Source of the DNA: Candidatus Bathyarchaeia archaeon
Lineage (GTDB): Archaea; Thermoproteota; Bathyarchaeia; Bathyarchaeales; Bathycorpusculaceae
DNA length: 64,000 nt
Direction of reading: 5' to 3'
Assembly: GCA_049516875.1 (NCBI GenBank)
Contig: JBEKSS010000009.1
Span: 32,001-96,000, forward strand
Below the pieces are notes generated by a model, which worked only from the letters and a program-made list of their open reading frames with translations, had not been told where the DNA came from and did not search any database. A program made the position numbers and the translations under genes. Positions 1 through 11,010 of the stretch are shown here, one piece after another (position 1 is the first letter of the stretch; every line of letters starts with the position of its first letter).

Positions 1-1293
1 GGTTCTTCCTTCTGAAATGCTCTTAGCATAGTCAACCAGAGCGGTCAACATGGCCTTCACCGCAGAGCCTGCCTCGTTTAGTTCGTCTATTTGCTTTTCA
101 AGGGAATCTATTCTATTAACTTCGTTTGAATACTCAGCATTACATTGAATTCTTTCTCTGATTTTCTCGAGGGCAATTATATTGACAGACAATAAAATTT
201 TTGCGCAATACTCCTCGATTGATTGCCGTCCTTTCCCTATTGTGGAATTGATGCTTGAAAGCAGCGTTCCTGCTTGCTCATTTTCTTTGATACGGATATC
301 TATTTGATGCCTCTTTTCGGCAGTCAGCGTTTCTTCTAGACAAAACGGGCATGTTGGCTCATGTATTAGATTCTTGCCGATTTCCAAAAATCTGTAGAGC
401 TCGGCGTCAAAAGACCTGAATTGCTTCACCATTGAAAAAAGTTCTTTGACTTCTTCAGTCAGCCTCAAGAGATCCTTTACGACAGATGTTCCTGGAACCA
501 TTAACCTACTCATGATTTCAAAGTCTTCGGACTTCTGCGCCAGCTTCTTTAGCTCCTCGTCAACGGTGTTGCCTAGTTCATCGACGGATTTGGTTGCCAG
601 GGAGTAAGTTCCTGTGATTGCCTTAACCAAAAGATCTTCAAAAACCAAAGGACCGAATGGCCGTTTTTCCAGTATTGAGTGCAACTTATCGAGTTCAGCG
701 AAGCCTTTAAGGTCGCTTTCTATTCCGTCGTAGACTTTCTTTGTAGATACATATAGACTCTCAGCTTTTTTGGAGCTTACAAGCTCTTGCAAGTCGGTAC
801 GAAGTTCGCTCAAGATGCCCAAACCGAGTATCTTGCTGGTTTCCTCCCAACGATCTTTTGGATCAGTTTCAACATAATGTTTCACCTCGATTTGTGAAAG
901 AACTGGTTTAAAGACATCAGCGAAACTTATTCCAAGGGAAGAAAAATCATCAACTTCCTTCCCATCGATATAATATTCCTTTTTTTCAGGACTAACCAAT
1001 TTCTTTTTCAGCTTTGTTTCCTTGCCGTGAATTTCAGCAAGAAGCTCTACATAGGTTTCTTCGTTTTTCTCACAGTGAAGATTGCGCAAGAAGTCTCCTG
1101 AGTATTCACTCTTGCACGCTGATTTCTTCTTTCGCGATATTTCATCAAAAAAGAGCCATTCAATAGCTTCAACTAGACTCGATTTTCCAGAGCCGTTCCT
1201 CCCCCTTACAAGAACTAGGTTTCTGTCTAGATTCATGGTTTGTTTGTCCTTGAACCCTCTGAACCCGCATACAGTTATGTCCTTAAGTCTCAC
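1..1293 (-). CDS. SMC/Rad50(SbcC)-like ATPase, 3' part runs off the window
   Basis: Not in the ORF track. Manual translation from GTG at 1293 gives MRLKDITVCGFRGFKDKQTMNLDRNLVLVRGRNGSGKSSLVEAIEWLFF: the GFR strand and Walker A (GxNGSGKSS) typical of SMC/Rad50/RecF heads, followed by helical sequence. Confidence 0.85.
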   Translation of the reverse strand, partial: MRLKDITVCGFRGFKDKQTMNLDRNLVLVRGRNGSGKSSLVEAIEWLFFDEISRKKKSACKSEYSGDFLRNLHCEKNEETYVELLAEIHGKETKLKKKLVSPEKKEYYIDGKEVDDFSSLGISFADVFKPVLSQIEVKHYVETDPKDRWEETSKILGLGILSELRTDLQELVSSKKAESLYVSTKKVYDGIESDLKGFAELDKLHSILEKRPFGPLVFEDLLVKAITGTYSLATKSVDELGNTVDEELKKLAQKSEDFEIMSRLMVPGTSVVKDLLRLTEEVKELFSMVKQFRSFDAELYRFLEIGKNLIHEPTCPFCLEETLTAEKRHQIDIRIKENEQAGTLLSSINSTIGKGRQSIEEYCAKILLSVNIIALEKIRERIQCNAEYSNEVNRIDSLEKQIDELNEAGSAVKAMLTALVDYAKSISEGRT

Positions 1294-1432
1294 TCAAATC
1301 AGCCTTCACAAGTTCATCAAAACTTTCAGAAAGTCCACTTGCTCTCTTTCTCGTGTATGAATGAACATATCTCTTGTGCGTTGGGCTTTTCAGGTTCTTT
1401 GATAGTTCTTCTAGAAGAGTTTCTTCGCCCAT
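1283..1432 (-). CDS. 49-aa hypothetical protein overlapping the ATPase start
   Basis: Manual translation MGEETLLEELSKNLKSPTHKRYVHSYTRKRASGLSESFDELVKADLSET. Its stop overlaps the first codons of the ATPase, suggesting translational coupling. Confidence 0.55.
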   Translation of the reverse strand: MGEETLLEELSKNLKSPTHKRYVHSYTRKRASGLSESFDELVKADLSET

Positions 1433-1439
1433 ATCTCAC

Positions 1440-2241
1440 TATATCCGCAATAATGTCTTATTACATTTTTCCATCCCGATGAATAACTTGCCGAGTTGCA
1501 CGGCGAAGGCGACGGATCCCATTCCTGCCCGCACGCTAAGTTGAACGAAAAGCTGTGTCAGCATAGTCTTCGTATTGTGTTTAACTATTCTCATGTATTC
1601 ATCGTACTGCCGGTTCTCTTTATTACCCAGATGCAGATCAATGGTCTTAGCATACAGTTTTACGGTAGTAGGTTTGTCTTCGATTAGGTTTCTTAGGAGG
1701 GTTAGAGGGGTCGAGATTAATGTGCTTTCTTCAGATTTGGGGTAGACAAGAAGAACGATTTGCAGTTTGGCAATGCTAAACTGTAGGCTATTATTTGATA
1801 GTAGTCGGCGTTTGATTTATCCCTCTTGTATTTGGCATCTATTATGAGTGGATATTCTTCGTTGACTGTCTTGACCACTATGTCAGGTATGATTCGTATT
1901 TTTCCTTCTTTTACAAGGGAATTGAAGCGAGATTGCTTTTCAATTTGATAGCCCTTAAAATCTGGGTCTTCGGTAACTATTTCTTGAATTATCTCCGTCA
2001 TGAAATCTTGGTATACCTTATTCATATTGACAATAAAATTAAACCCTCGTGATCGCCCCTTATGGACGCTACGGATGAATCTTTCCTCAAGAATTAATTT
2101 CGAAAGCTTGATTATTTCTTCATAATTTTGGTTGAGTCGATTAAACTTGACCCGATCATGTTGGTTCTCCATAATCAAATAGCGTATTGGCATCGAACTG
2201 TTTGCTTCCTGAGAAGTAAACAAAAAGTCCCTCAATTTCAC
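1440..2241 (-). pseudogene. mcrC: McrC-like restriction nuclease subunit remnant (5'-truncated, frameshifted near 1760)
   Basis: Motifs FNRLNQNY, FIVNMNKVYQDF, IIPDIVV, IIDAKYK and ADYYQIIAY match McrC. The expected VLLVYP continuation lies in another frame after about 1760. The N-terminal half is missing and there is no mcrB. The 3' end is approximate. Confidence 0.75.
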
Positions 2242-2452
2242 TCATCAAAGGGGCATAGATTTTCTCCACATTCTCCAAGTTCCAGTCTCTTACATTGGTA
2301 AGAACTGCTAGGAGAAAAGACGGCAAGAATCCTGCAACGATGCCAATAGTTAGACCTTCGATGGTCTGATTCCATTCAGTTGAGGCCGCCAGTATTAATG
2401 ATATCACAAGGAGCGAGCCCCACAAACCGACAACTTTCCAAAGATAACCCAA
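2156..2452 (-). CDS. Small two-TM membrane protein, possibly truncated by fusion to the mcrC remnant
   Basis: Two hydrophobic segments; the 3' end runs out of frame into the McrC-like sequence. Confidence 0.4.
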   Translation of the reverse strand: MGYLWKVVGLWGSLLVISLILAASTEWNQTIEGLTIGIVAGFLPSFLLAVLTNVRDWNLENVEKIYAPLMSEIEGLFVYFSGSKQFDANTLFDYGEPT

Positions 2453-2652
2453 ACACGACCCTCAATAAAGAGAGCTTTATTCTGGTTACTTTAAGTTTTA
2501 GTGCCAGAAGGTGTGTTGCTGGCCAAGGTGATTATAGATGAGTTGACTCAGAGCCAAGTGCTTCCTCCCGTTAGTTAGTCTTCGTCCCATTCCGGGTGCG
2601 TTGTCAATGTTAGGAAACGTTATAATTCAATCAAGCGGTAGGTAATCACAGG

Positions 2653-3747
2653 ATGTCAAGAACAAAACGTGTGCTTGCCAAGCTAATAGTAGTTGCGGTC
2701 GTAGGTCTTGCAATTTTTCTGCTTTCTTACTTTGCAGGTTTTGGACTGTTAATTTCCATCACGATAAGTTCGTTGTCATTTCCTTTTGTTCTTGCTGCGC
2801 TTTTCCCGAGCAAGGCCTTCAATTTCTTTGAAAGGCATCTCCAGGCCATATCTATAGCATTTATTATTGCGCTACCTGGTGTGTTGACAGTTCTCCTCGG
2901 GGGCTTTCTGGGAGTATTATTACTCTACTACGTTCCTATTCTATTCATATTAGCTGCGCCGCTCCTCGCCTTGATATTGACCGAAGTGGGCGTCATACTG
3001 ATCTACCGGGTGATGATTCACGAGGTCGTTAAGGAGGAAAGATGCCCAGTATTTATCCTTCGGACGCGAAAAATGCTCAATAGGATCGCAATTTGTATAT
3101 TTGCTGCGTTCCTCTCGCTTCCATTTCTAATCTATCTCCTTGGCTACCTTGGCGTGAAACAACCAATACTCCCTCTCTTGTACCTCTACGCTTTTGTCTT
3201 TTGGTCCTATTTCTTTCTCTTGCCGATCTCGTTAGGCATAGTCAACAATTATAAGCAGGTCAAACTGGGCCTGAGAGCCGCAATCGGGGGTTTTGAAAAA
3301 CTCACCCAGTATTCAACGCCTGTTGAGAAAAGCAAAACCCTGTCTGATTTGGTGTGGTTAATGGACAGTCTGCGTGTCTACAGCAAGCTTATGTCTTCTC
3401 AACCTAATCGTCCAGTCTTAACGAACGTAAAAGTATATTACGACGCAGCCGTCGTAGCGGTTCTGAGTGGCACGCGAAAAGACCAAAGAAGAACATTGGA
3501 AGCTCTGAAGGACATGCTTGAGGCATTAGGAAAGAAAAAAAGCGAAGTCAACTTCAAGGAATTTTTGTTCGCCCTTATTCGGATGACAAAAACTGAACGC
3601 GTGACATCGAACGATGTTGAAGCAGCGACGAAGACTGAATCCAGGACTGAATGGATAAAAGAGCGTTCCAAATCTATCGTAAAATACGTGGTCCCAGTCG
3701 TTAGCGTGGTTGTGCAGATTCTCGCCGCTTTATGGGCTAAAGGATGA
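2653..3747 (+). CDS. Multi-pass membrane protein of unknown function
   Basis: 364-aa ORF with about 6 N-terminal hydrophobic segments and a C-terminal hydrophobic tail. A TATA-like TTTATAAT lies just upstream (about 2620). Confidence 0.7.
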   Translation: MSRTKRVLAKLIVVAVVGLAIFLLSYFAGFGLLISITISSLSFPFVLAALFPSKAFNFFERHLQAISIAFIIALPGVLTVLLGGFLGVLLLYYVPILFILAAPLLALILTEVGVILIYRVMIHEVVKEERCPVFILRTRKMLNRIAICIFAAFLSLPFLIYLLGYLGVKQPILPLLYLYAFVFWSYFFLLPISLGIVNNYKQVKLGLRAAIGGFEKLTQYSTPVEKSKTLSDLVWLMDSLRVYSKLMSSQPNRPVLTNVKVYYDAAVVAVLSGTRKDQRRTLEALKDMLEALGKKKSEVNFKEFLFALIRMTKTERVTSNDVEAATKTESRTEWIKERSKSIVKYVVPVVSVVVQILAALWAKG

Positions 3748-3874
3748 GTGCAATCCCCTTGCAAGCTATGAGGAGCGCTTTTCGCAGAAAGGACAAGGTT
3801 ATGGTTCAATTTGCGAACGAAGTGAGTGCGCGCGTTGCAAAGTAACTTTGTCACATACCGTCTTGCAACGAGAA

Positions 3875-5691
3875 CTATGGTCTTTGGTTCGAATCATGGT
3901 CGGGATACTTAGGCACAGTCAGCTTTTGTTTCACACACTTAGGAATTTCGAGTTCTTTTATTAATAGCCACGGAACTCTTACCTGCCGCTGTTTGATATT
4001 GATGTCTAAGATGCCAGAGTCCTGACCGGAGTTTTCTATTCTGAAATCTTGGCTTGAAACCATTTCTTTTAGTTCAAGGAACGAGATTAATGTGGTTCCC
4101 ATGAGCTCTTCGAATTGTATTGCGATATTCGTGACGAGAAATGGAAGGATGAAAACTGGTTTTGTTTTGTCAACCCCAAGTGCAGTGCCTAAGTCCTTTC
4201 CGACATAACTTTCGAATCTGCTTGGATTGTTCTTTATCCACATTGCTCTGTAAAAATGCTCAAGACAGAATCGTCTAAAATGTTTGAGTTTGTGGCGGTC
4301 GAGTGCTTTGTCTTTTATCTCTTTACACTCAATGACGAGCAAGCAGTTGTTTTTGCTTGATATTACGTCTATATCTGTTTTTTTCTTCTGTTCTCCCCAT
4401 AGACCATGAGCAACTTCAAGCGGGATTGTTGGTTCGTTAATCTCAACTCTGTTTGGAATCGTGTGCAGTCCTTGCTCTATCATAACACGCCTACATGCTT
4501 GCTCAAAGGCATCACCTTTGAAATCATTATTCAGTAATTCTCCAAAACATTCTTCTAGTAAAATCCGTCTCGAACCAGTAAGCCTTCTGAAACTCGTGAA
4601 TATGTAGTCATCGACTGCAATGAAACCGAGAAATGAACTTTTGAACTTTCCTTTGAGGAGCTGAATTGTTTTTGTAATATTAGCGAGGCCAAAGCAACCA
4701 AGTTCCCTCTCTCTAATGAGTTCGGAGTATTTCCAAATTCCTATCGTATGGATGTTTTGTAGCACAGATATGTAATTTCCGAGGTTATTTCAAAAAAAAT
4801 CTGAAAGTCAATTCCGAAGGATTGCTTGAATGTGTAAGAATAATTCTTGATGGAACTGTAAGACTTGTAGATCTCTTTGTCTTCTCTTCTCAAGATCTCC
4901 AAATTTTCTTTACCCTTACCCATATCGACTATTTTGAAATTCTCGGCTGCAGTTTCTCTGAAAAATGAGTTCCAATCAAAGACTGTTGCACTATTCTCTA
5001 TTATCCTTGGCGTAATACCTTCTCTTTCAAGTATCGATTCCACGGCACTCCCATCAGGCAGAGTGATCTTTCTCAAACCAGTTGTATCATCAAATTCAAC
5101 TGTAGTTCCCTCAGGTGCCCCACGGAGCATTGTTTCCAAGAGGCCCTGTTTGTAACAAAGATCTCTTAGTTCGAGAATTGCTTTCATTCTCTTTTCAACA
5201 GACTTGTGTTCGCCTCCTTTGATGACGATGAAAAACCATCCTGGAATTCGATTTAAGAAATAGCGGGGTTTTTTAATCACCCAATCTTTTTCACCGATTT
5301 CTCCTTCCTTACCTAGGCCTATTAGGTAATCATCGACATTTTGTTGGAGGGTGATTCCGAACATAAATTGGGGAAGTTGACGAATTTTCAGTGGTACGAA
5401 GGAATCGTTTTTGATAACAGTGTTAAGAATAGTGTTTACTACGTTGTACCATTCGGCCATGAACTGAAACATTGAAAGAACAAAATCTTCATGTTCCTCT
5501 TTTTCTAAACCATTCGTCAGGTTGAACTTGAGGAACTTTATCTCCAAATTGTTAATTGCATCTTCGAGGCAGAGCAATAGCAGTATTGTGTCAATATGAT
5601 TGTTTTTTGAATACTCCGCTTTGAGTTGGTTATTGACTTTTTCTAGCTGTCTACCTGCCTCAGCCTTGTTCGATGCCTTAAAATTGCTCAA
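3875..5691 (-). CDS. About 600-aa protein with a C-terminal PD-(D/E)XK nuclease domain, split by a 1-nt frameshift near 4757
   Basis: ORFs 4741-5691 and 3875-4765 join if one A is added to TACAAAACATCC. The C-terminal part has FEQ...TDIDVIS...LLVIECKE, a restriction-endonuclease-fold active site. Confidence 0.65.
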
Positions 5692-5978
5692 CTTGACTTC
5701 TCTCTTTGAGCTTAATGTGAAGGTCAGTCATGCTAAAAGCTTCTGGTGAATCGCAATTAGCGTGCGACAATGCTGAAACACCTTAAGTTCCAGAATTCAT
5801 TATCCTAATCAATTCTTCAGCGCGCTGCCTTAGGCGTCTTGCTTTCGTCAGCAATATCCGTTTGTTGCTCCAGACAGAACAAGCACAAAAGAAGCACCAT
5901 ACAGTCACGACACCAAACACTAGAGTAGCGCGCGTGCTGTGAGAATAAAATACTTTTGGTTCACGTTGCAAAAACTTG

Positions 5979-5998
5979 GCGTTAACGCGCGTTAACGC
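5979..5998. repeat. Perfect 20-bp palindrome GCGTTAACGCGCGTTAACGC
   Basis: Tandem duplication of the self-complementary 10-mer GCGTTAACGC, read directly. Confidence 0.9.
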
Positions 5999-6056
5999 AT
6001 TCTCGCGAATAGTTCATTGTGCTAACGCGAAAAGGAGCTTAATTCGCAAAGAACTG

Positions 6057-6168
6057 GTCACAAAAACAGAGTGTCACAAAAACTCAAAAAAGCATGTTGC
6101 GTCAATTGTCTTTTTGTGAATTCCTAGAAAAAATGAATTGTTACGAATTGTTACAGCAAAATTGTTAC
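6057..6168. repeat. Short direct repeats: GTCACAAAAAC x2 and AATTGTTAC x3
   Basis: GTCACAAAAAC at 6057 and 6073; AATTGTTAC at 6136, 6146 and 6160. Confidence 0.75.
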
Positions 6169-6364
6169 AAAAGCATGGACTTTCACGTTAATCCTCGTTT
6201 AGCGCGCTCGAACTTCGATGATGGATGTGTCCTTCGGGTTCTCGCTGTCATGGCCAACATGCGCATGATTGGATTAGGGATAGAATTGGGTCAGATTCTG
6301 AGAAACGGTTTAATATTCCATTCTTCTTGGGAAGAGACTGCAACCATGGAAAGGAGGATTGTAA

Positions 6365-7789
6365 ATGGAATTACCTCAAAAACCAAAAGTGTCGCGCTTA
6401 ACCACAGCTTTGATCGCAGCAGTCATCATCTGTCTGTTGGCAGGGGGAACACTCGGCTACGCGATAAGCAGCTTCACCCTTTCGAACCAAAACAATGATC
6501 TCCAGAGTCGCATTTCAGCTCTCGAAAACCAGGTTTCAACTCTCGAAAACAACGTTTCGACTCTACAATCAGCGACGAACGTTTCGACTCAAGTCATTAA
6601 TCTTCAGAGCCGCTTGTCGGTTCTCGAAAACCAGGTTTCGGCTCTACAATCAACGGCGAACGTTTCGAGCCAGATCAGTGATCTCCAGAGTCGCATTTCG
6701 GTTCTCGAAGAGCAGGTTTCAAATCTCCAATCAACGATCAACTCATTCACACAAAACGTCACCTACCAGAACATCACCTATTTTCTAGGAGAGAATTTCT
6801 CACTGTCTCAGTTGTATGAGCAGATCAAAAGCTCTGTAGTCGTGGTTCAAGGAATAATAGTTCAGTACGACTTCTTCGGGCAGCCTTACTACGCAGAAGT
6901 GCAAGGCTCGGGGTTTGTCTCTAACCTGACGGGGCAGTTTGTGATAGTCACGAACTACCACGTTGTTGACGGCGCAACCAACATCACCGTCACATTTATT
7001 GACGGAGACGCCTACTCAGCCACTGTAACTGGTTCAGATCCCTACGCAGATCTCGCGGTGCTTTCTGCAAACGCGCCACAGCATGAGTACGTGCCACTGA
7101 CAATCACAAGCTCGTCAACTCTGAGAGTCGGTGACCCAGTGCTTGCCGTCGGCAATCCTTACGGGCTGGCAGGATCTGTGACCTCAGGAATAGTCAGCGC
7201 TCTGGGCAGAACGATTACGGAGAGCACGGCGGGCGCTTATGCTATAGCTGATTGCATACAGACGACGACACCCATAAACGCAGGCAACTCTGGAGGACCT
7301 CTTCTGAACTATCTAGGTGAAGTCGTAGGCATAACCGCCGCCATCGTAAGCAACTCCCAAGGGCTGGGCTTCGCGATTCCTTCAAGTTCGATACTGCGAG
7401 AGATCGCATCTTTGATCACAAACGGCTCATACAACAACCATTCTTGGTTGGGAGCGTCCGGAACAGACATGACGTTGGGCATTGCACAAGCGATGAACAC
7501 AAGCGTCACCTACGGTTGGCTGATCGCTCAGGTCACAAGCCAAGGACCAGCGGACAAAGCCGGTTTGCGAGCCGGCACAACTCAAGTCCAAGTTGATGGG
7601 ACATCGGTGACGATAGGAGGCGACATTATACTAGCCCTCAACGGCACGAGAATCAGGAACTCGGATGACCTTTCAACTTACGTCGAAGAATACACTCTAC
7701 CAGGCCAAACAATTAGTGTTGCAGTAGTAAGAAACAACGCGACTCTGACATTGCCGCTCACGCTGGGAACCAGACCGCCACCAACGTAG
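6365..7789 (+). CDS. htrA: Membrane-anchored HtrA/DegP-family serine protease with coiled-coil stalk and PDZ domain
   Basis: GSGF, TNYHVV (His), DLAVL (Asp), INAGNSGGPL (Ser), C-terminal PDZ (GPADKAGL...GDIILALNG). N-terminal TM and repeated LQSRISxLENQVS heptads. RBS GGAGG upstream. Confidence 0.93.
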   Translation: MELPQKPKVSRLTTALIAAVIICLLAGGTLGYAISSFTLSNQNNDLQSRISALENQVSTLENNVSTLQSATNVSTQVINLQSRLSVLENQVSALQSTANVSSQISDLQSRISVLEEQVSNLQSTINSFTQNVTYQNITYFLGENFSLSQLYEQIKSSVVVVQGIIVQYDFFGQPYYAEVQGSGFVSNLTGQFVIVTNYHVVDGATNITVTFIDGDAYSATVTGSDPYADLAVLSANAPQHEYVPLTITSSSTLRVGDPVLAVGNPYGLAGSVTSGIVSALGRTITESTAGAYAIADCIQTTTPINAGNSGGPLLNYLGEVVGITAAIVSNSQGLGFAIPSSSILREIASLITNGSYNNHSWLGASGTDMTLGIAQAMNTSVTYGWLIAQVTSQGPADKAGLRAGTTQVQVDGTSVTIGGDIILALNGTRIRNSDDLSTYVEEYTLPGQTISVAVVRNNATLTLPLTLGTRPPPT

Positions 7790-7891
7790 CGGCCTCTAAG
7801 CAGGCTATCACGAGGAACAGTAAGCCGCATCATAGTGCATACTGTGACCGTCGTGCGCCGTGGCCAAAGTGAGGAGAAAATAGTCAGATCA

Positions 7892-8446
7892 TCAGCGAAT
7901 CCGCACATCTTTTTTCTTGTCGAGCAAATCTGTGATTTCGTCGAATTCTCCCGTATAGTCCTTATGCTCCTTAACAAGTCTCCTCAATCTGTTCTGGTTG
8001 AAACTTCCAGTGTATATTCCAAACACAAAAACGGCGAGTAGCGCCCAGAAAAAGAAACTAGAAAACACGTTCAAACCGTCTGTGTAGATTTCAGCGACGA
8101 GGGGAATCAATGCTCCAACAGATGTAGAATACCCGCTAATCATCCCTATGAGGGCTCCCCTAAGATCATCCCTATTATCGTTTATACTCTTGGCCAAACT
8201 GGCTTTTCTTTGCCACAGGTTTGAAGTATCACTATAGTCTACAGCGCTAGCCAGTTCGTCAAAGGCTTCAATCAAATTTCCTGAACTGCGTACGAATGCA
8301 CTGTTCACTTTTTGATGATACAGCTCTCTGCTCTCCAGATACCGCTTCTTAAGTGCTATGTTGTCCACATAGGGAGTCCTCCTCTCTCGCCAGGCGTACC
8401 TAACATTCTCCAAGAAGCCCTTCATTCCGTCTTCAAGCTTGGCCAT
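7892..8446 (-). CDS. Hypothetical protein with two C-terminal TM helices
   Basis: 184-aa ATG ORF with an upstream TTTAAATA TATA box on the minus strand. Confidence 0.65.
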   Translation of the reverse strand: MAKLEDGMKGFLENVRYAWRERRTPYVDNIALKKRYLESRELYHQKVNSAFVRSSGNLIEAFDELASAVDYSDTSNLWQRKASLAKSINDNRDDLRGALIGMISGYSTSVGALIPLVAEIYTDGLNVFSSFFFWALLAVFVFGIYTGSFNQNRLRRLVKEHKDYTGEFDEITDLLDKKKDVRIR

Positions 8447-8515
8447 ATTCCCTCTGAGTTTTTATTCATAAGAGAATCGCTATTTAAACATGATAAGCGC
8501 GCTACAAGAGACGCT

Positions 8516-8783
8516 TCAAAGAAAAGGGTCAACCGCCTCCGCTGCCTGTTTAGATTCGATGACTGGAACTATCTCAAAGTCAACCAAGTCCTGCCATTGA
8601 ATCACCCACTTCTGGAACAAGCTTGCATCATCACAATTCCATAAGTTGGAAGCAACGGTTACAATTAGCCTCCACCCAACTTCCAACGTATTTCAACCCT
8701 TCAGGCAGTATTCTACCCTCTTCTCGAACTCTCTGATAAACTGCTTTTGCATCCTTGAATCGCTCAATCACCATAAACAGCAT
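8516..8783 (-). CDS. DUF3303-like small protein (one extra base near 8638)
   Basis: MLFMVIERFK...LPEGLKYVGSWVEAN.NRCFQLME continues as CDDASLFQKWVIQWQDLVDFEIVPV in the neighbouring frame. The span is 268 nt (3n+1). Confidence 0.7.
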
Positions 8784-9471
8784 CCTGTGTCCCTCACAGC
8801 CTTGGTCAACCCTTTCACAGTTTTCAACCCATCTACTTTCATTAATGTTTCGCCCTGCAAAGATTCGCCCCACTCCCCACCAACGCGCGCTACGCCTTTC
8901 CCTTGCAAACGCCGTCCATTATCCATTCTGATTTGACACTAATTACTCTGACTAAACAAGCTTCTTATAACGCGAGGCGTCAGACTTGGGTATGCAAACC
9001 AAAATCGCATATTTGTTCATGGGAAAGAATACAAGGCTACAAGCAAGATTGCGGAAGCAGCAGAGGGGCAAGCCGATACATGAACTGAGTTCACTTCTCC
9101 ATCGCAAGCTCCTGAAGATTGTCTGCAGCGTGGTTTGGGATATTCGTTTGATGAAGACGTCAATACTGATAACCAAAACGCCATTAACGACGCTCAAATG
9201 TCTGTCTCGCAACTACATTGGCCGCTCGCCTGTCAACAGTGTCTTCATTCACAACGCGAACGCGAGAATGCTCAGGGCAGCCAAGCATATCACAGATGGT
9301 TTTTCTCGGCTTTTGGAAGAGTTTGCACATGAACGCGGCTGACACGAATCTTTGAATGTTGGAAGACAACACTGGAGTTTCTGCCAAGACCGGTCAGTTG
9401 CACACAAACTATCCTGTTCATAGATAGCGCGCGCTAAGAGTATTAAGTGGCCATGCAGTTATCCGTAGCTT

Positions 9472-10020
9472 ATGCAACTTGGAAAAGTGTTTCGAAAATT
9501 CTCCGCCAGAGACGGACGAGAAGTGATTCTGAGAACACCCAAATGGGAAGACCTAGATGACCTTATGGAACTCATCAACTCACTTGTAGACGAGAAAGCA
9601 GAGATTGCGCGCACTGACAAAGTTACCAGAGAGGATGAAGTTGAATGGTTGCCCAAAGTGCTCGCAAGTCTGGAGAAAGATGAGCTTTTTTTCCTAGTTG
9701 CAGAAGTAGACAGAAAGGTTGTCGCCTCATCCGACATTCACATTCTAAACGGTAACGAGAAACATGTCGGTGTCCTAGGCATAGTCCTCAAGAGTGGCTT
9801 CAGGGATTTGGGCATCGGGACGGAGATGATGAAGACATTGGTAGAGCAGGCTATGGCTTTGGGTTTGAAGGTTTTGACGTTGCAGGCTTTCGCCACGAAT
9901 AAGCGAGCGGTTCATGTCTACGAGAAAGTGGGTTTTGTTCAAACTGGCAGGGTTCCCAAGAAGCACTTCAAAGATGGTCAATACGTAGATGAAGTAATAA
10001 TGACAAAGTTGATCGAGTGA
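9472..10020 (+). CDS. GNAT-family N-acetyltransferase
   Basis: FRDLGIG acetyl-CoA motif and N.RAVHVYEKVGF. Confidence 0.9.
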   Translation: MQLGKVFRKFSARDGREVILRTPKWEDLDDLMELINSLVDEKAEIARTDKVTREDEVEWLPKVLASLEKDELFFLVAEVDRKVVASSDIHILNGNEKHVGVLGIVLKSGFRDLGIGTEMMKTLVEQAMALGLKVLTLQAFATNKRAVHVYEKVGFVQTGRVPKKHFKDGQYVDEVIMTKLIE

Positions 10021-10414
10021 GCGCCCGCACGATTGGTTTGGGTTTGAGGCCAAGTTTCCTCCCGGTTTCTCAAGTTGTCTTTGTCAACATCCTTCAAAAT
10101 CCATTCTCCTCTACAGTCACAAGCGAGACTTAGCCTATTTCAATCTTTGGGAATGGTTCAGGAGGAGGGGGTGAAACTCATCCAGACCAGAAAATTGTCT
10201 ATTGTCAGGGCGCGCGCTGTAACGATTCTCCATGCTTTCCCGGCTCTCAACAGAAGCATGCCAGAAGAACATGACTTCGTTCTGCATTACTGATTTCTGC
10301 TAAGGATTGCAGGTTCATAAACGCTTTATCAAAAAAAATCAGCATTAACACGCAGGCTCCCACGTTCGATACTGGAGCTGAATTTGGAACAGCAACAACC
10401 AGGAGCATATTCGC

Positions 10415-10843
10415 TTGATTATCAAAAACAGTTCACGGTATCCCTCCGACAAAGTTGAAGACCTCGTCAAATTCGCCCTCAGAAACTCGCCACATTCCGA
10501 TAGACTAGAAGTTCAAGTGGGAAGGAGCAAACACGCATTCTACGGACGTATCTTCACAAGCGCAGAGAATTGTACATGCGGATGCAACGGCCAACGCTTC
10601 CTAATCGTAGTCCGAATAGGCAGCAAGAAACACTTCCCATACCTCTCCATCTATCCAAACAACAAACGGTGCCAGAAGTACGCGGTAATGTTGAACAACT
10701 GGAAAGAAGCACTAGTGAAAGTCACAGCGCATGAAGGAATGCACCTGCGACAGCTGACAGAAAAGAAACCCATGTGGGAACACCAAGCAGAGAAACACGC
10801 AAAAATCCTCCTCGCCAAATATCGAACCACCTTTGCAGACTAG
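10415..10843 (+). CDS. Small zincin-like metallopeptidase
   Basis: LVKVTAHEGMHLRQ (HExxH) followed by a distal E.QAE helix. Confidence 0.6.
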   Translation: MIIKNSSRYPSDKVEDLVKFALRNSPHSDRLEVQVGRSKHAFYGRIFTSAENCTCGCNGQRFLIVVRIGSKKHFPYLSIYPNNKRCQKYAVMLNNWKEALVKVTAHEGMHLRQLTEKKPMWEHQAEKHAKILLAKYRTTFAD

Positions 10844-11010
10844 CAAACGTATTCAAACCTAAATTCCTACAGCATCCAACCTTGTCCGACCAACGCCCGC
10901 AAATCCAAGCGCACGGCAATCACAATATTCCGCTTTTTGATATATATCGGAAATTGAAAGAAGCGCTTTATTGAGATTTACGATATAAAACTGTAAGGGT
11001 ACAGGGCGTC

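Noticed and set aside
8628-8636. Selenocysteine read-through at TGA TGA in the DUF3303-like gene
   Set aside because: The conserved C-terminus is in a different frame, so a one-base insertion explains it.
8903-9387. Several overlapping short ORFs
   Set aside because: No recognisable motif or convincing RBS; I could not choose a real frame.
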